Assembly: GCA_032111745.1 (NCBI GenBank) | Contig: JAULUH010000280.1 | Location: 23,349 to 87,348, forward strand | Direction: 5' to 3' | DNA: 64,000 bases | Origin: Anaerolineae bacterium | Lineage (GTDB): Bacteria; Chloroflexota; Anaerolineae; JAAEKA01 | Shown here: piece after piece, positions 39,440 through 48,898 of the stretch | How positions within the stretch are numbered: the stretch's first letter is position 1 | How the letters are laid out: every line of letters starts with the position of its first letter | The notes under the pieces: model-generated | What the model was told of the DNA's origin: nothing | Seen by the model: only the letters and a program-made list of their open reading frames with translations | Database searches by the model: none | Translations under genes and position numbers: made by a program

Positions 39440-39468
39440 CCCCCTTGGCCGGGATTGGGGAAAGACAA

Positions 39469-39496
39469 AGGGGCTGTCTCGCCCGGGACAGCCCCT
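39469..39496 (-). terminator. rho-independent terminator after crtI
   Basis: aggggctgtc (39469-39478) pairs with gacagcccct (39487-39496). On the minus strand it is followed by ttgtctttcccc. Confidence 0.7.
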
Positions 39497-39525
39497 CAAA
39501 GCCTTGGTCTGATGAGAAGGGGCGG

Positions 39526-41007
39526 CTAGGCCTTGCCGATCAACTTGCTGGCGATGCTGGCAGAGGCCAGCACACCGGGCACCCCGGCCCCGGGGTGAGT
39601 GCCGGCGCCGACGAAATAGAGGTTGGCGAAGTCCTCAGAGCGGTTGTGCGGCCGGAACCAGGCCGACTGCAGCAGGGTAGGCTCAATGGAGAAGGCCGCG
39701 CCCAGGTGGCTGTTCAGGGTGTTCTGGAAGTGCCGCGGGTCGATGACGTGCTCGGCCACGACATTGGCCTGCAGGTCAGGCAGGTAGTTGTCCTCCAGAA
39801 ATTGCATGATGGCGTCTCGGTAGGGTTTGGCCTGCACGGTCCAGTCGACGTTGGCCCGCAGGTGGGGTACCACGGAAAGCACGTAGAACGCCTCGTGGCC
39901 GGGCGGCGCCATGGATGGGTCGGTCAGGCTAGGCACGTGCAGGTAGAGGGAGAAATCCTCCGGCAGGTAGCTATGGGCGAAGATCCGGCGCAGCAGGCCC
40001 TTGTACTCCTGGCTCAAGATGATGTTGTGGTGGGCCAGGTTGGCGGTGTCATAGCGGCGCTTGGTGCCGAAATAGATCACAAACAGCGACTCGCTGTAGC
40101 TCTTGCGTTTGACCCAGGCGTCGCTGTTCTTGCGTCGGTAGCGGGCAGGGATCATGTTCAAGTAGGTGAAGGCCACGTCGGCGTTGGAGACCACGATATC
40201 GGCCGGCAGCTCAGTGCCATCCACCAGGCGCACACCGGTGGCGCGGCGGGTGCGCTCGTCGATCAGGATCTCCTGCACCTCGCTGTTGACCCGAAGCTCA
40301 CCGCCTGCCTCGGTAAAAAGCCGGCCCATGCCGGCGATCACGGCGCCGGTGCCGCCCATGGCGTAGTGGACGCCCCACTGGCGCTGCAGATAGTCGATCA
40401 GCACGTAGAGCGAAGGCGCGCTCAAGGGGTTGCCGCCGATCAGCAACGGGTGGAAGGAAAAACAGCGCCGCAGGAAATCGTCCTTGATAAACTTGGAGAC
40501 GTAGCCGTAGACCGAGCGGTAGCTCTGCAACCGCACCAGGTCGGGTGCGACACGCAGCATGTCCCTTACATGGAGGAAAGGCGACTCGATCAACGGCATC
40601 CCGGTCTCAAAGATCTCCTTGGTGGTGGCGTAGAAGCGCGTGTAGCCGTCCTTGTCCGCCGGGTTGAACTTGTCGATCTGGTTCAGGATGAAATCCTGAT
40701 CGTCGTTGTAGTCGAAGTACCGGCCCTGGTGATCCCAGATGCGGTAGAACGGCTCCACAGGCACGAACTCGACATAGTCCTGGCGGCGCTTGCCGGCCAA
40801 TTGCCATAGCTCGTCGAACATCCACGGCGCAGTGATTACCGTGGGGCCACCGTCGAACTTGAAGCCGTCGATCTCGTAAACATAAGCCCGGCCCCCCAGC
40901 TTGTCGCGTTTTTCCAGCAGGGTCACCCGATGGCCGTGCACTGCTAACCTGATAGCCGCGGCCAGGCCACCGAAGCCGCCGCCAATCACGACGATATTCT
41001 GACGCAT
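39526..41007 (-). CDS. crtI: phytoene desaturase
   Basis: [21 protein letters not shown] (FAD Rossmann) and the C-terminal [18 protein letters not shown] signature of CrtI-type desaturases. Confidence 0.9.
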   Translation of the reverse strand: MRQNIVVIGGGFGGLAAAIRLAVHGHRVTLLEKRDKLGGRAYVYEIDGFKFDGGPTVITAPWMFDELWQLAGKRRQDYVEFVPVEPFYRIWDHQGRYFDYNDDQDFILNQIDKFNPADKDGYTRFYATTKEIFETGMPLIESPFLHVRDMLRVAPDLVRLQSYRSVYGYVSKFIKDDFLRRCFSFHPLLIGGNPLSAPSLYVLIDYLQRQWGVHYAMGGTGAVIAGMGRLFTEAGGELRVNSEVQEILIDERTRRATGVRLVDGTELPADIVVSNADVAFTYLNMIPARYRRKNSDAWVKRKSYSESLFVIYFGTKRRYDTANLAHHNIILSQEYKGLLRRIFAHSYLPEDFSLYLHVPSLTDPSMAPPGHEAFYVLSVVPHLRANVDWTVQAKPYRDAIMQFLEDNYLPDLQANVVAEHVIDPRHFQNTLNSHLGAAFSIEPTLLQSAWFRPHNRSEDFANLYFVGAGTHPGAGVPGVLASASIASKLIGKA

Positions 41008-41117
41008 CTCTGAATGAATGCCTGCCTCTCTGTCAGCGTGCACTGCCCCTGATGAGCTTGTGCCACATTGCACTTTAGCGGCTTTTGCCCAAACACGCAA
41101 GTCATGGCGCTAACATT

Positions 41118-41975
41118 CTAGCGTTTCAGCTGATTCCCAAATGCCAATAGGGCGTCTGTGATTTGAGGCCAGGCCGGCTTGGTGCGGTCCATCAGGTCGT
41201 GGGCAGCACTGACCTCCAAATAGCGGGCCAGGCCAGGCACCTGGGCGGCCAGCCGGCGGGTCAGGGGGGCTCGCACCACGGGATCGGAGCGGCCCTGGAT
41301 GATCAGGGTAGGCGTTTCGATCTGCGGCGCGGCGCGGCCGGCCGCCTCGCCCACCTTACGCACCTCGTCCAGGATGCCCACGGGCACGGTGAAACGCCGC
41401 ACATTGGCCTGCACCTCGGGGTCTTCAAGGTCCAGGCCAGGCATGAAGTTATTGATGCCCTTGCGTACCTCGGGGTTGGAAAAGTCCGGTCGCATCAGTC
41501 GAAAGGGCTGGATGGCGGGAAAGATCTGGCGCATCACCGGGATCAAGGTGCCCAGGGGTCCTAATTTCCAGAAGGGGGCCATGAGCACCAGGCCGTCTGC
41601 CGGGTCCTGCGCCGCGGCGTTCATGGCTACGGCCGAGCCCATGGAGAAGCCGATCAACAGGGTGGGGTACTGGCGGGCGCGCAGTGCAGCGACGGCCCGC
41701 CGGGTGGCCTCGACCCACTCAGCGTAGGTGCGGCCGGCCAGGCTGTCGATCTCTGGCCCGAAACCGGGCAGCAGAAGGCCCTGCACCGTCCATCTGGCCC
41801 CGTGCAGGGTCTCGGCCAGGGCGCGCATCTCGGCCGGCGTGCCGGGAAAGCCGTGCACCAGCACAGCAGCCGGCCCGTCACCCTCCCATAGAAACGTGCG
41901 ATGCTCGGGGTCCTGGAACAACTGGGCGAAGCTCCGGCCATCGCCACTGGCAACCGTCCTGGATGGCTGGCTCAT
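41118..41975 (-). CDS. alpha/beta-fold hydrolase
   Basis: VLVHGFPGTPAEM and the nucleophile elbow GFSMGS, with a late HD (SAAHDL). The ATG lies 10 nt after the crtB stop. Confidence 0.8.
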   Translation of the reverse strand: MSQPSRTVASGDGRSFAQLFQDPEHRTFLWEGDGPAAVLVHGFPGTPAEMRALAETLHGARWTVQGLLLPGFGPEIDSLAGRTYAEWVEATRRAVAALRARQYPTLLIGFSMGSAVAMNAAAQDPADGLVLMAPFWKLGPLGTLIPVMRQIFPAIQPFRLMRPDFSNPEVRKGINNFMPGLDLEDPEVQANVRRFTVPVGILDEVRKVGEAAGRAAPQIETPTLIIQGRSDPVVRAPLTRRLAAQVPGLARYLEVSAAHDLMDRTKPAWPQITDALLAFGNQLKR

Positions 41976-41985
41976 GGTCGGCAAC

Positions 41986-42954
41986 TCATCCCTGCGGCCT
42001 CACGATGCGGGAGCGCCACCAGATGCCGGGTAGCCGCGCCAGCTTGTTCGCCGTACTGACATGGGCACGGCGGCTGAACACGTCCGCGCTGTGGGCCTCG
42101 ATGTCGTCCAGGATCCCGCGATAGAGGCCGGCAGCGGCACCGATGGCGAAGCGACCATCGGGCTGGAGCAGGGCGATACCGGGCACAGCCTCGTCGTAGA
42201 AGCGGCGGTTGCGATCGATTTGAAACTGCATGAACCGCTGCCAGCGATCGTCCACCGCGCCGGTGGCGATGTCGGTCTCGTCCAAGCCAAAGGCCTGGAG
42301 CTCTTCCTGGGGCAGATAGACGCGGCCGTTGCGCCAGTCCTCCGCCACGTCGCGCAGGATGTTGGTAAGCTGCAGGGCAACGCCTAGCTTCACCGCGTAG
42401 GGAATCGCCCGCCCGCCGTCAAAGCCGATGATGTGCATGGCCATCAAGCCCACCGTCGAGGCCACCCGATAGCAGTATTCGGCCAGCTGGTCGAATCGCT
42501 CGTAGCGTACCGTGCTCAGGTCGGACATCACCCCATCGATGAGCTGCTCGCCATAGCGCCAGGGGATGCGATAGCGGGCCCGGGTATCGGCCCAGGCCAG
42601 GGCCACGGGATCGTCGGCGGCGATATGCGGCGCCTGCGTGCGCTCCCGCCACTGGTCCAGGTTGGCCCGAGCATCCTCCCGGGAGTCAGGCACGTCCACC
42701 AGGTTGTCACTGACCCGGCAGAAGGCGTATAGGGCCCGAGTTGCGCGGCGCTTGGCCGGTGACAGCAGGCCGGAAGCCATGAAGAACGTCCGGCTGTGTT
42801 CCCTGGTGATCTGCTCGCAGCGCTGGTAGGCCGATTCCAGCGCTGGATCATCGCTTCTGACATTCAAAGCATTCAAGGCGGCGATATGGCCCTCCAGGGC
42901 CTCGTAGGCCAGGTCGATCAACCGTCGTTCCCAGGGCTGGAATTGCAGGGCCAT
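41986..42954 (-). CDS. crtB: phytoene synthase (squalene/phytoene synthase family)
   Basis: [11 protein letters not shown]...[13 protein letters not shown] and [22 protein letters not shown] (two Asp-rich regions). Start at ATG 42954. Confidence 0.9.
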   Translation of the reverse strand: MALQFQPWERRLIDLAYEALEGHIAALNALNVRSDDPALESAYQRCEQITREHSRTFFMASGLLSPAKRRATRALYAFCRVSDNLVDVPDSREDARANLDQWRERTQAPHIAADDPVALAWADTRARYRIPWRYGEQLIDGVMSDLSTVRYERFDQLAEYCYRVASTVGLMAMHIIGFDGGRAIPYAVKLGVALQLTNILRDVAEDWRNGRVYLPQEELQAFGLDETDIATGAVDDRWQRFMQFQIDRNRRFYDEAVPGIALLQPDGRFAIGAAAGLYRGILDDIEAHSADVFSRRAHVSTANKLARLPGIWWRSRIVRPQG

Positions 42955-43065
42955 GACGTCACTCCATGGAGGTCTGGTCAGGTGATTCGGGACGGAAGCT
43001 ACAAACCGGGGCTGGCAGCAGGACGTGTTGGACAGGTGCCGCTCAGCGGCCGCCTCCCATGCATT

Positions 43066-43094
43066 AGTATACAACAGTACGAGGCCGCTGTCAA
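43066..43094 (-). promoter_or_regulatory. near-consensus sigma-70 promoter for crtB (TTGACA-17 nt-TATACT)
   Basis: Minus strand reads ttgaca gcggcctcgtactgttg tatact, giving a leader of about 105 nt. Confidence 0.7.
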
Positions 43095-43225
43095 GCCCGA
43101 TGACCAAGTAATGTATAATACCTGTCTAGATAAACAGGACACGCAAACGGTCCTGCGGAGGATCTGGCCGGCATCCAGTAGTTCACGATGCGCCGGGCCT
43201 GGGCAGAGCTGCCGGTCTGGTAGGG

Positions 43226-46063
43226 TCATCCCCCTCGCCAAATCACGGTATGGCAGGGCACGCTGCCGGCGTCGCCCTGTAGATGGTTCACCACCACAGG
43301 GACGCTGAGGGGTGTGCCAGCCTCATCCACCACAGTCAGTGTATAGCGGTTGGGAGCGTCGCCGATAGGAAAGTCATAGTAGCCGTAGTCGTTGGTACCA
43401 TCCTTGCTCACAGCCATAGCCTGATTGCCATACTGGTCTATCAGCGCAATGCGCACGCCGGCGACTGCGCCACCCGCACCGTCGAAAACCGTGCCTATGA
43501 TGTAGTTCCCCTGGCAGCCATCATGGTGGGCCACCGGTTGGGATAAGCCGTAACTCACAGGGCCGCTGAGCCCCGTCCATGTGGAGGCCACGGGGATGGC
43601 CGTATCACCGGCCACCGGCCCGGCAATGGGGTCCATGGCTGCCGAGAGGTCGATCAGCACCTGTACCCCTGCGGCCTCAGGCACCAGAGCTGCGGCCCGG
43701 GCGACCGTGTCGCCCAGGCGGTCGCATGGGCCTAGATCGACGGGCGTGGGGTGTATCAGGCTCCAGGCCACGGCGTGCAAGCGCTCGCGCTCGGCCTCAG
43801 GATCCAGGGCTGCTGGCGGCTGCCCCGGGTCGGGCAGGCCGAACCGGCCCGGCAGCTTGAGCAACGACCGGGCCACCGCTGGCTCCACCTGGCAGTAAGC
43901 TGCCCACTGCGCACCCTGGCCGGAGTCCACGTATAGCGGTGCACTGGGGACCTGGGCCACGCTGTCCGCCAATGGGCCGCCCTCTCCGGCAGCCTGCAAC
44001 CACTGGGGGCTGAAGTACTCGCCGCCCTCCCGGCAACTCACGCCCGGAGGGCAATCCGGACGCTGTTCCAGGTCTGGCGGAGGCAGGAACTCCCAGGCTG
44101 CAGCATCCTCGGAGGCATCCAGCACAGCCAACAGGTGAGGTTCCGCCAGCACCCCCTCCATGAACTCATGCCAGATGGGTGCTGCACCCGTCAGCCCAGT
44201 GGTGTTCTGCATGGGCCGGCCGTCGCTGTTGCCGGCCCACACACCGGCCACCAGGTGGCGGGTGTAGCCCAGGGTCCAGTTATCGCGCCAGTCCGACGTG
44301 GTGCCGGTCTTGGCCGCCGCAGGCCGGCTGAGCCTCAGCGGGCTGTTGGCACCAAAGGCCGGGGTTCGGGCGATGTTGTCGGCCAGGATATCGGTCACCA
44401 GGAAGGCCGCAGCCGGCGAGACCACTTGGCGGGGAGCCTCAGGCTGCCAGCCAGGCACGGCCTGGCCCAGGGCGTCGCGCATGTTCAGGACCGGTGTTGG
44501 CTCGACAAAAGTCCCCTGGTTGGCCAGGGTGGCAAAGGCCGTGGTCAGGTCCAGCAACGTGACCTCGCCCCCGCCGAGGGTCAGGCTGAGGCCGTAATAG
44601 GTCTCATCCTGGGTCAAGCTGCGCAGGCCCATAGCCTGGGCCGATTCGAGCATGCGCTCCACCGATACCCCGTCGAGCAGCTTGATCGCCGGTATGTTGT
44701 AGCTGTTGGCCAGGGCGGTGCGGGCGGTAACCGGCCCGTGAAAGCGCTCGTCGTAGTTGCGCGGGGTATAGATGTTGTCCGCGCTGACCGTGTAGGTCAC
44801 CGGCACGTCCCACAGCACGGTGGCCGGGCTGATCAGGCTATCCTCAAACGCCGTGGCGTAGAGCACGGGCTTGATGGCGCTGCCTGGCTGTCGCGGGCTG
44901 ACGGCTACGTTTACCTGGCCGTCGATGGCCGCGTCGGCGAAATCAGCGCTGCCCACCATGACCATCACTTCGTTGCTGCCTGGACGCAGGGCCACCAGCG
45001 CAGCGTTGCTAAGATCATACCGGGGCTGCAGCTCGGCTACCCTGGCCTTCACGATATCGCTGGCCAGGGCCTGTAGGTCCAGATCCAGCGTCGTGGTGAT
45101 CACCAGGCCACTGCGGCGTAGGTCGTCGATGCCGAGCCGAGCTTCCAGGGTATCCTCTACATACTGCACGAAGTGGGGCGCCCGGTTGACCCGCAGCTCC
45201 CGATCTGAACGCAAGGGCACCGCTTCGGCATAGGCAGCCGCTGCCGCGTCGGGCGACAGGTAGCCGTGGCGGACCATCAGGTCCAGCACCACGCGCTGGC
45301 GGGCTTTGGCGGCCGGCAGGCTTTTGAACAGGTCGAACTCGGCCGGCTGTTGGGGAATGCCGGCCAGCAGCGTGGCCTCGGCCAGGCTCAGGTCGCTGGC
45401 CTGCTTGCCGAAGTAGAGCTGAGCCGCAGCCTCCGGCCCGTAGGCCAGGCTGCCGTAGTTCAACAGGTTGAGGTACATCTCCAGTACCTCCTCCTTGGTG
45501 AACAGGCTAGTCAGCTCCTGGGCCAGGCCGGCCTCCAGCACCTTGCGGTCCACGGTCTGGTCATAGCGCTCCTCCGGCCCCAGGAATAGGTTGCGCGCCA
45601 GCTGCATGGTGATGGTGCTGGCGCCGGAGACCACCTGTCCGGTCTGGGCATTCTGCAGGGCCGCGCCGGCAATCCGGGCCGGGTCGACCCCGGTGTTGTA
45701 GTAGAAGCTGGCGTCCTCGGTGGCAATGGTGGCATCGACCAGGTGCCTGGAGATCCGGCTGAGCGGCACCCAGGTGCGCCTCCCCTCCTCCCAGCGCTCG
45801 GCGATCAGCCGGCCCCGGCGATCCAGCAGCTGGGTGGTCTGAAACAACCGTGGGGTGGGGCCGGGCTGGTAGCGCTGCAGGTAGGCCTCCACGGACTCCA
45901 TAGGGCTGGCCGCCGGCCGCGCGCCGAGTTGTCCCGTGGGCACACACGCCCCCACCAGGATCGCAGTCACGGCCAGGATCACCACGGCCAGCCACGCCGC
46001 CGCCCTATGCCTTGGCCACTCGTTTTCCCCGATGACTTCGCCAGGTATCTCTTGTTTCATCAC
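43226..46063 (-). CDS. bifunctional class-A penicillin-binding protein (PBP1A type) with a C-terminal beta-sandwich domain
   Basis: Glycosyltransferase motifs ATEDASFYYNTGVD and RKVLEAGLA. Transpeptidase motifs SAIKP (SxxK) and KTGTT. The C-terminus resembles a carboxypeptidase-regulatory-like fold. Confidence 0.9.
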   Translation of the reverse strand: MMKQEIPGEVIGENEWPRHRAAAWLAVVILAVTAILVGACVPTGQLGARPAASPMESVEAYLQRYQPGPTPRLFQTTQLLDRRGRLIAERWEEGRRTWVPLSRISRHLVDATIATEDASFYYNTGVDPARIAGAALQNAQTGQVVSGASTITMQLARNLFLGPEERYDQTVDRKVLEAGLAQELTSLFTKEEVLEMYLNLLNYGSLAYGPEAAAQLYFGKQASDLSLAEATLLAGIPQQPAEFDLFKSLPAAKARQRVVLDLMVRHGYLSPDAAAAAYAEAVPLRSDRELRVNRAPHFVQYVEDTLEARLGIDDLRRSGLVITTTLDLDLQALASDIVKARVAELQPRYDLSNAALVALRPGSNEVMVMVGSADFADAAIDGQVNVAVSPRQPGSAIKPVLYATAFEDSLISPATVLWDVPVTYTVSADNIYTPRNYDERFHGPVTARTALANSYNIPAIKLLDGVSVERMLESAQAMGLRSLTQDETYYGLSLTLGGGEVTLLDLTTAFATLANQGTFVEPTPVLNMRDALGQAVPGWQPEAPRQVVSPAAAFLVTDILADNIARTPAFGANSPLRLSRPAAAKTGTTSDWRDNWTLGYTRHLVAGVWAGNSDGRPMQNTTGLTGAAPIWHEFMEGVLAEPHLLAVLDASEDAAAWEFLPPPDLEQRPDCPPGVSCREGGEYFSPQWLQAAGEGGPLADSVAQVPSAPLYVDSGQGAQWAAYCQVEPAVARSLLKLPGRFGLPDPGQPPAALDPEAERERLHAVAWSLIHPTPVDLGPCDRLGDTVARAAALVPEAAGVQVLIDLSAAMDPIAGPVAGDTAIPVASTWTGLSGPVSYGLSQPVAHHDGCQGNYIIGTVFDGAGGAVAGVRIALIDQYGNQAMAVSKDGTNDYGYYDFPIGDAPNRYTLTVVDEAGTPLSVPVVVNHLQGDAGSVPCHTVIWRGG

Positions 46064-46135
46064 AGCTTCGTCCAGCTCATTGCCTTGGGTGGCTTGGGCG
46101 GCCAGCCCAGGCCTGTGCAGCGCTATCGTCGGGCT

Positions 46136-47278
46136 TCACTGTCCCCGGTAACGCCTGACGTTCTCCAGATGCTCTTCGAAGGTGCGGCTGAAGACGTGCC
46201 GGCCACTGCGGTCCGGCGCGGCGACGAAATACAGGTAGTCATGGGTCTCAGGGTAGAGCACACCCCTGATGCTCTCCATGCCCGGTGCCGCGATGGGTCC
46301 AGGGGGCAGCCCGGCGTTGAGATAGGTGTTATAGGGGCTGTCTACCTTCCCGTATTCCTCGAGCGATACGGGGGACTTCCACCAGCGACCAGTGTCGGGC
46401 TGGAAGCCCATGGCGTATTGCACGGTGGGATCAGCCTCCAGGCGCATACCCTGGGCCAGCCGGTTCAGATAGACGCCGGCTATGGTTGGCCGCTCCTCAT
46501 CCAGCACCGCCTCGCGCTCGACGATGCTGGCCAGGGTGAGGACGTCGTGAAGCTCCAGGGTGGTGGCTCCGCTGGCCACCGCCTCCCAATAGGCCGGCAT
46601 CACACGCGCCTCGAACTCGTCGAGCTGGCGGCTCACCAGGTCAGCAGCCGTGGGATTGTCGGCAGTGAGCTGGTAGGTGTCGGGAAACAGGTAGCCCTCC
46701 AGGCTGGCACCGGCCGGGTGGAACTGCAGGAAGCTGTAGCCGCTCAAATCACTCCCCAGGTCCTCCAGGTTGCCGCTGCTGGCCAGGTCGCGGTAGGCTT
46801 CTCCATCCAGCCGGCCGCCGCTTGTCAGGTTATCCGCGGTTTCCTCCAGGCGCCAGCCCTCGCGCACCGACACGCTGATGCCCGGCGCCAGGGCGTTCTG
46901 CAGGGCAGTGGCGATCTCCACGGGCGTCATGGCTGGGCTGAGCTGGAAGGTGCCAGCCTCCAGACTCCTGGCCAGCCCGTTGACCCGCACGTAGGCCTCG
47001 AACAGCAGGGCATCGTCGATCAGCCCAGCCTCCTGCAACTGCTGCGCAATGGCCTGGGCTGCGGTGCCCGGCTCCACAACAAACTCCACCGCGCGGCCAG
47101 ACGGGTCCCGGGCCTGTTGTAGCTGGTCGCGATTGCTTTCCAGGTAGACGGCCAGGGCTGAGTCGCCGCTGCAGCCGGCCAGCGTCAGCAACAGAACGCC
47201 TATCAGGCCGGCCAGGGCGTGCCTACCTACGCTGCTCGGCCGTGATCTCAGTGATACCATGGCACTATCGCGATTCAC
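46136..47278 (-). CDS. mltG: endolytic murein transglycosylase MltG (YceG-like)
   Basis: N-terminal TM helix, [26 protein letters not shown] catalytic region, and the C-terminal YFVA...G.H.FS.T..EH. Confidence 0.88.
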   Translation of the reverse strand: MNRDSAMVSLRSRPSSVGRHALAGLIGVLLLTLAGCSGDSALAVYLESNRDQLQQARDPSGRAVEFVVEPGTAAQAIAQQLQEAGLIDDALLFEAYVRVNGLARSLEAGTFQLSPAMTPVEIATALQNALAPGISVSVREGWRLEETADNLTSGGRLDGEAYRDLASSGNLEDLGSDLSGYSFLQFHPAGASLEGYLFPDTYQLTADNPTAADLVSRQLDEFEARVMPAYWEAVASGATTLELHDVLTLASIVEREAVLDEERPTIAGVYLNRLAQGMRLEADPTVQYAMGFQPDTGRWWKSPVSLEEYGKVDSPYNTYLNAGLPPGPIAAPGMESIRGVLYPETHDYLYFVAAPDRSGRHVFSRTFEEHLENVRRYRGQ

Positions 47279-47383
47279 GATTCTGCGCCCTCAGGGGTTC
47301 ACACTACCACCCGGCCAGGAGAGCTCCGGCCTGGCTCCCGATAGCCGCAGGGTAGCAGGGCGGTCCCGCCGGAAATCGCCTCC

Positions 47384-47412
47384 TTGTCCTGGTTGGCAAC
47401 TCGTGGTAAGAT
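47384..47412 (+). promoter_or_regulatory. candidate extended -10 promoter (TTGTCC-17 nt-TAAGAT)
   Basis: ttgtcc at 47384-47389 and cgTGgTAAGAT with the hexamer at 47407-47412. Confidence 0.45.
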
Positions 47413-47460
47413 AGAGCCACGGTCGCAGGTACCTTCAAGGCGTTCGGCAAAGCTTGTAGG

Positions 47461-47478
47461 AGTCTCTTGCAAGAGTCT
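47461..47478. promoter_or_regulatory. 18-nt palindrome abutting the SD of the Cys-rich ORF (possible operator)
   Basis: agtCTCTTGCAAGAGtct. The 12-nt core at 47464-47475 is perfectly palindromic with no loop, and the SD gaggagg starts at 47479. Confidence 0.4.
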
Positions 47479-47491
47479 GAGGAGGTGTGCC

Positions 47492-47683
47492 ATGACTCGC
47501 ATCCCTAACACGAACACAGTTGTCTGCGATGGTTGCGGCGTGGAAATCCAGTGGGCGCCGGTGGTCGTCAAAGACCGGCTGTTTTGTTGCCAGGATTGCG
47601 CCGAGGGCAGACCCTGCCAGTGCGACTATCCTCCAGAGGAGCCGCTGGAGACGGCTGTGTTGCCGGTCGTCACCACCTCGTAG
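47492..47683 (+). CDS. small Cys-rich, probably metal-binding protein
   Basis: 63 aa with a strong SD (GAGGAGG). It has seven Cys in the pattern C-x2-C-x16-CC-x2-C-x5-C-x-C, resembling TRASH or metallothionein-like modules. Confidence 0.6.
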   Translation: MTRIPNTNTVVCDGCGVEIQWAPVVVKDRLFCCQDCAEGRPCQCDYPPEEPLETAVLPVVTTS

Positions 47684-47687
47684 CCTC

Positions 47688-48851
47688 TCAGTCGTCAAGG
47701 GTCAGGACCTCGGCGCCCTGGCTGGGCACGGTCACATAGGCCTGCCCGGCCCGGCTCGTGGCCCGACGATAGCGCTCGATAACGGTCGTCGCCGCATCTT
47801 CGGCACGATCCGCCTCGGTCAAGGCGATGGCGCAGCCGCCAAAGCCAGCACCGGTAAGACGCGCTCCCAGCACCCCAGGCGTCTCCATGGCCAGCTCTAC
47901 CAGGGTGTCCAGCTCGCGGCTGCTAACCTGGTAATCGTCGCGCAGGCTGGCGTGCGATGCCAGCAGCAACGCTCCCAGCTGATCCGTTTCCCCTGAGCGC
48001 AGTGCCGCCCCAAAACGCAGGACACGATCGTTCTCGAAGACCACGTGGCGCGCCCGCTTGCGCTCGACCTGATCCAGGCGGTGCTCTGCGGCGGTCAGCA
48101 TGGCGGGTGTCACATCGCGCAGGGCGCGAATCTGGGGATAGGCTGCCTGGAGCTTGGCCACGGCCGCCTCGCACTCGGCCCGGCGCTCATTGTAGGCCGA
48201 GCTGGCCAGCTCGCGGGGTGCGGCACTGTCCAACACGACGACGCGCAGGGTGTCGGGCATGCGCACCGGGGTAATCTCCAGCGAGCGACAGTCGATGAGC
48301 AGGGCACAGCCGGCTTGGCCCGCGGCCGAGATCAACTGGTCCATGATACCGCAGTTCATGCCTACCCACTGGTTCTCGGCACGCTGGCATAGGCGGGCCA
48401 TGGTGGCGGCATCCCAGGGCAGTTGGGAGACCGCAGCAAACGCCCGGGCTGTGGCCAGTTCAATGGCTGCGGAAGACGAAAGCCCTGAGCCCACCGGCAC
48501 GTCGCCTGCGATCACCCCTTCCCAGCCTTCCAGGATGTGACCGGCGTCCTGCAAGGCCCAGGCCACTCCCTTGACGTATTCGAACCATCCGTGCCCCTGG
48601 TGGGCAAAGGCAGAGAGGGTAAAGGTCGCCGGCTGGGGGAAGTCGAGGGAATAGGCTGCCACCTGGCCATTGGGCCGCGACCGCAGTGCTATCCACACGG
48701 CCCGGTCGATGGCCATAGGCAGCACGAAGCCGTCGTTGTAATCGGTGTGCTCACCGATCAGGTTCACCCGGCCGGGCGCGCGCACCGCGAAAGCGGGGGG
48801 AGCAGCAAAGCGCTGGTGGAAGGCCTCGATAACACGCTGTTGAAGAGACAT
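47688..48851 (-). CDS. galK: galactokinase
   Basis: GRVNLIGEHTDYNDGFVLPMAI and GSGLSSSAA (GHMP kinase motif). Confidence 0.92.
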   Translation of the reverse strand: MSLQQRVIEAFHQRFAAPPAFAVRAPGRVNLIGEHTDYNDGFVLPMAIDRAVWIALRSRPNGQVAAYSLDFPQPATFTLSAFAHQGHGWFEYVKGVAWALQDAGHILEGWEGVIAGDVPVGSGLSSSAAIELATARAFAAVSQLPWDAATMARLCQRAENQWVGMNCGIMDQLISAAGQAGCALLIDCRSLEITPVRMPDTLRVVVLDSAAPRELASSAYNERRAECEAAVAKLQAAYPQIRALRDVTPAMLTAAEHRLDQVERKRARHVVFENDRVLRFGAALRSGETDQLGALLLASHASLRDDYQVSSRELDTLVELAMETPGVLGARLTGAGFGGCAIALTEADRAEDAATTVIERYRRATSRAGQAYVTVPSQGAEVLTLDD

Positions 48852-48898
48852 GGCAGAACCCGTGAATATTGAAGGGCGAAACTTGCGTGGGCAGGACG

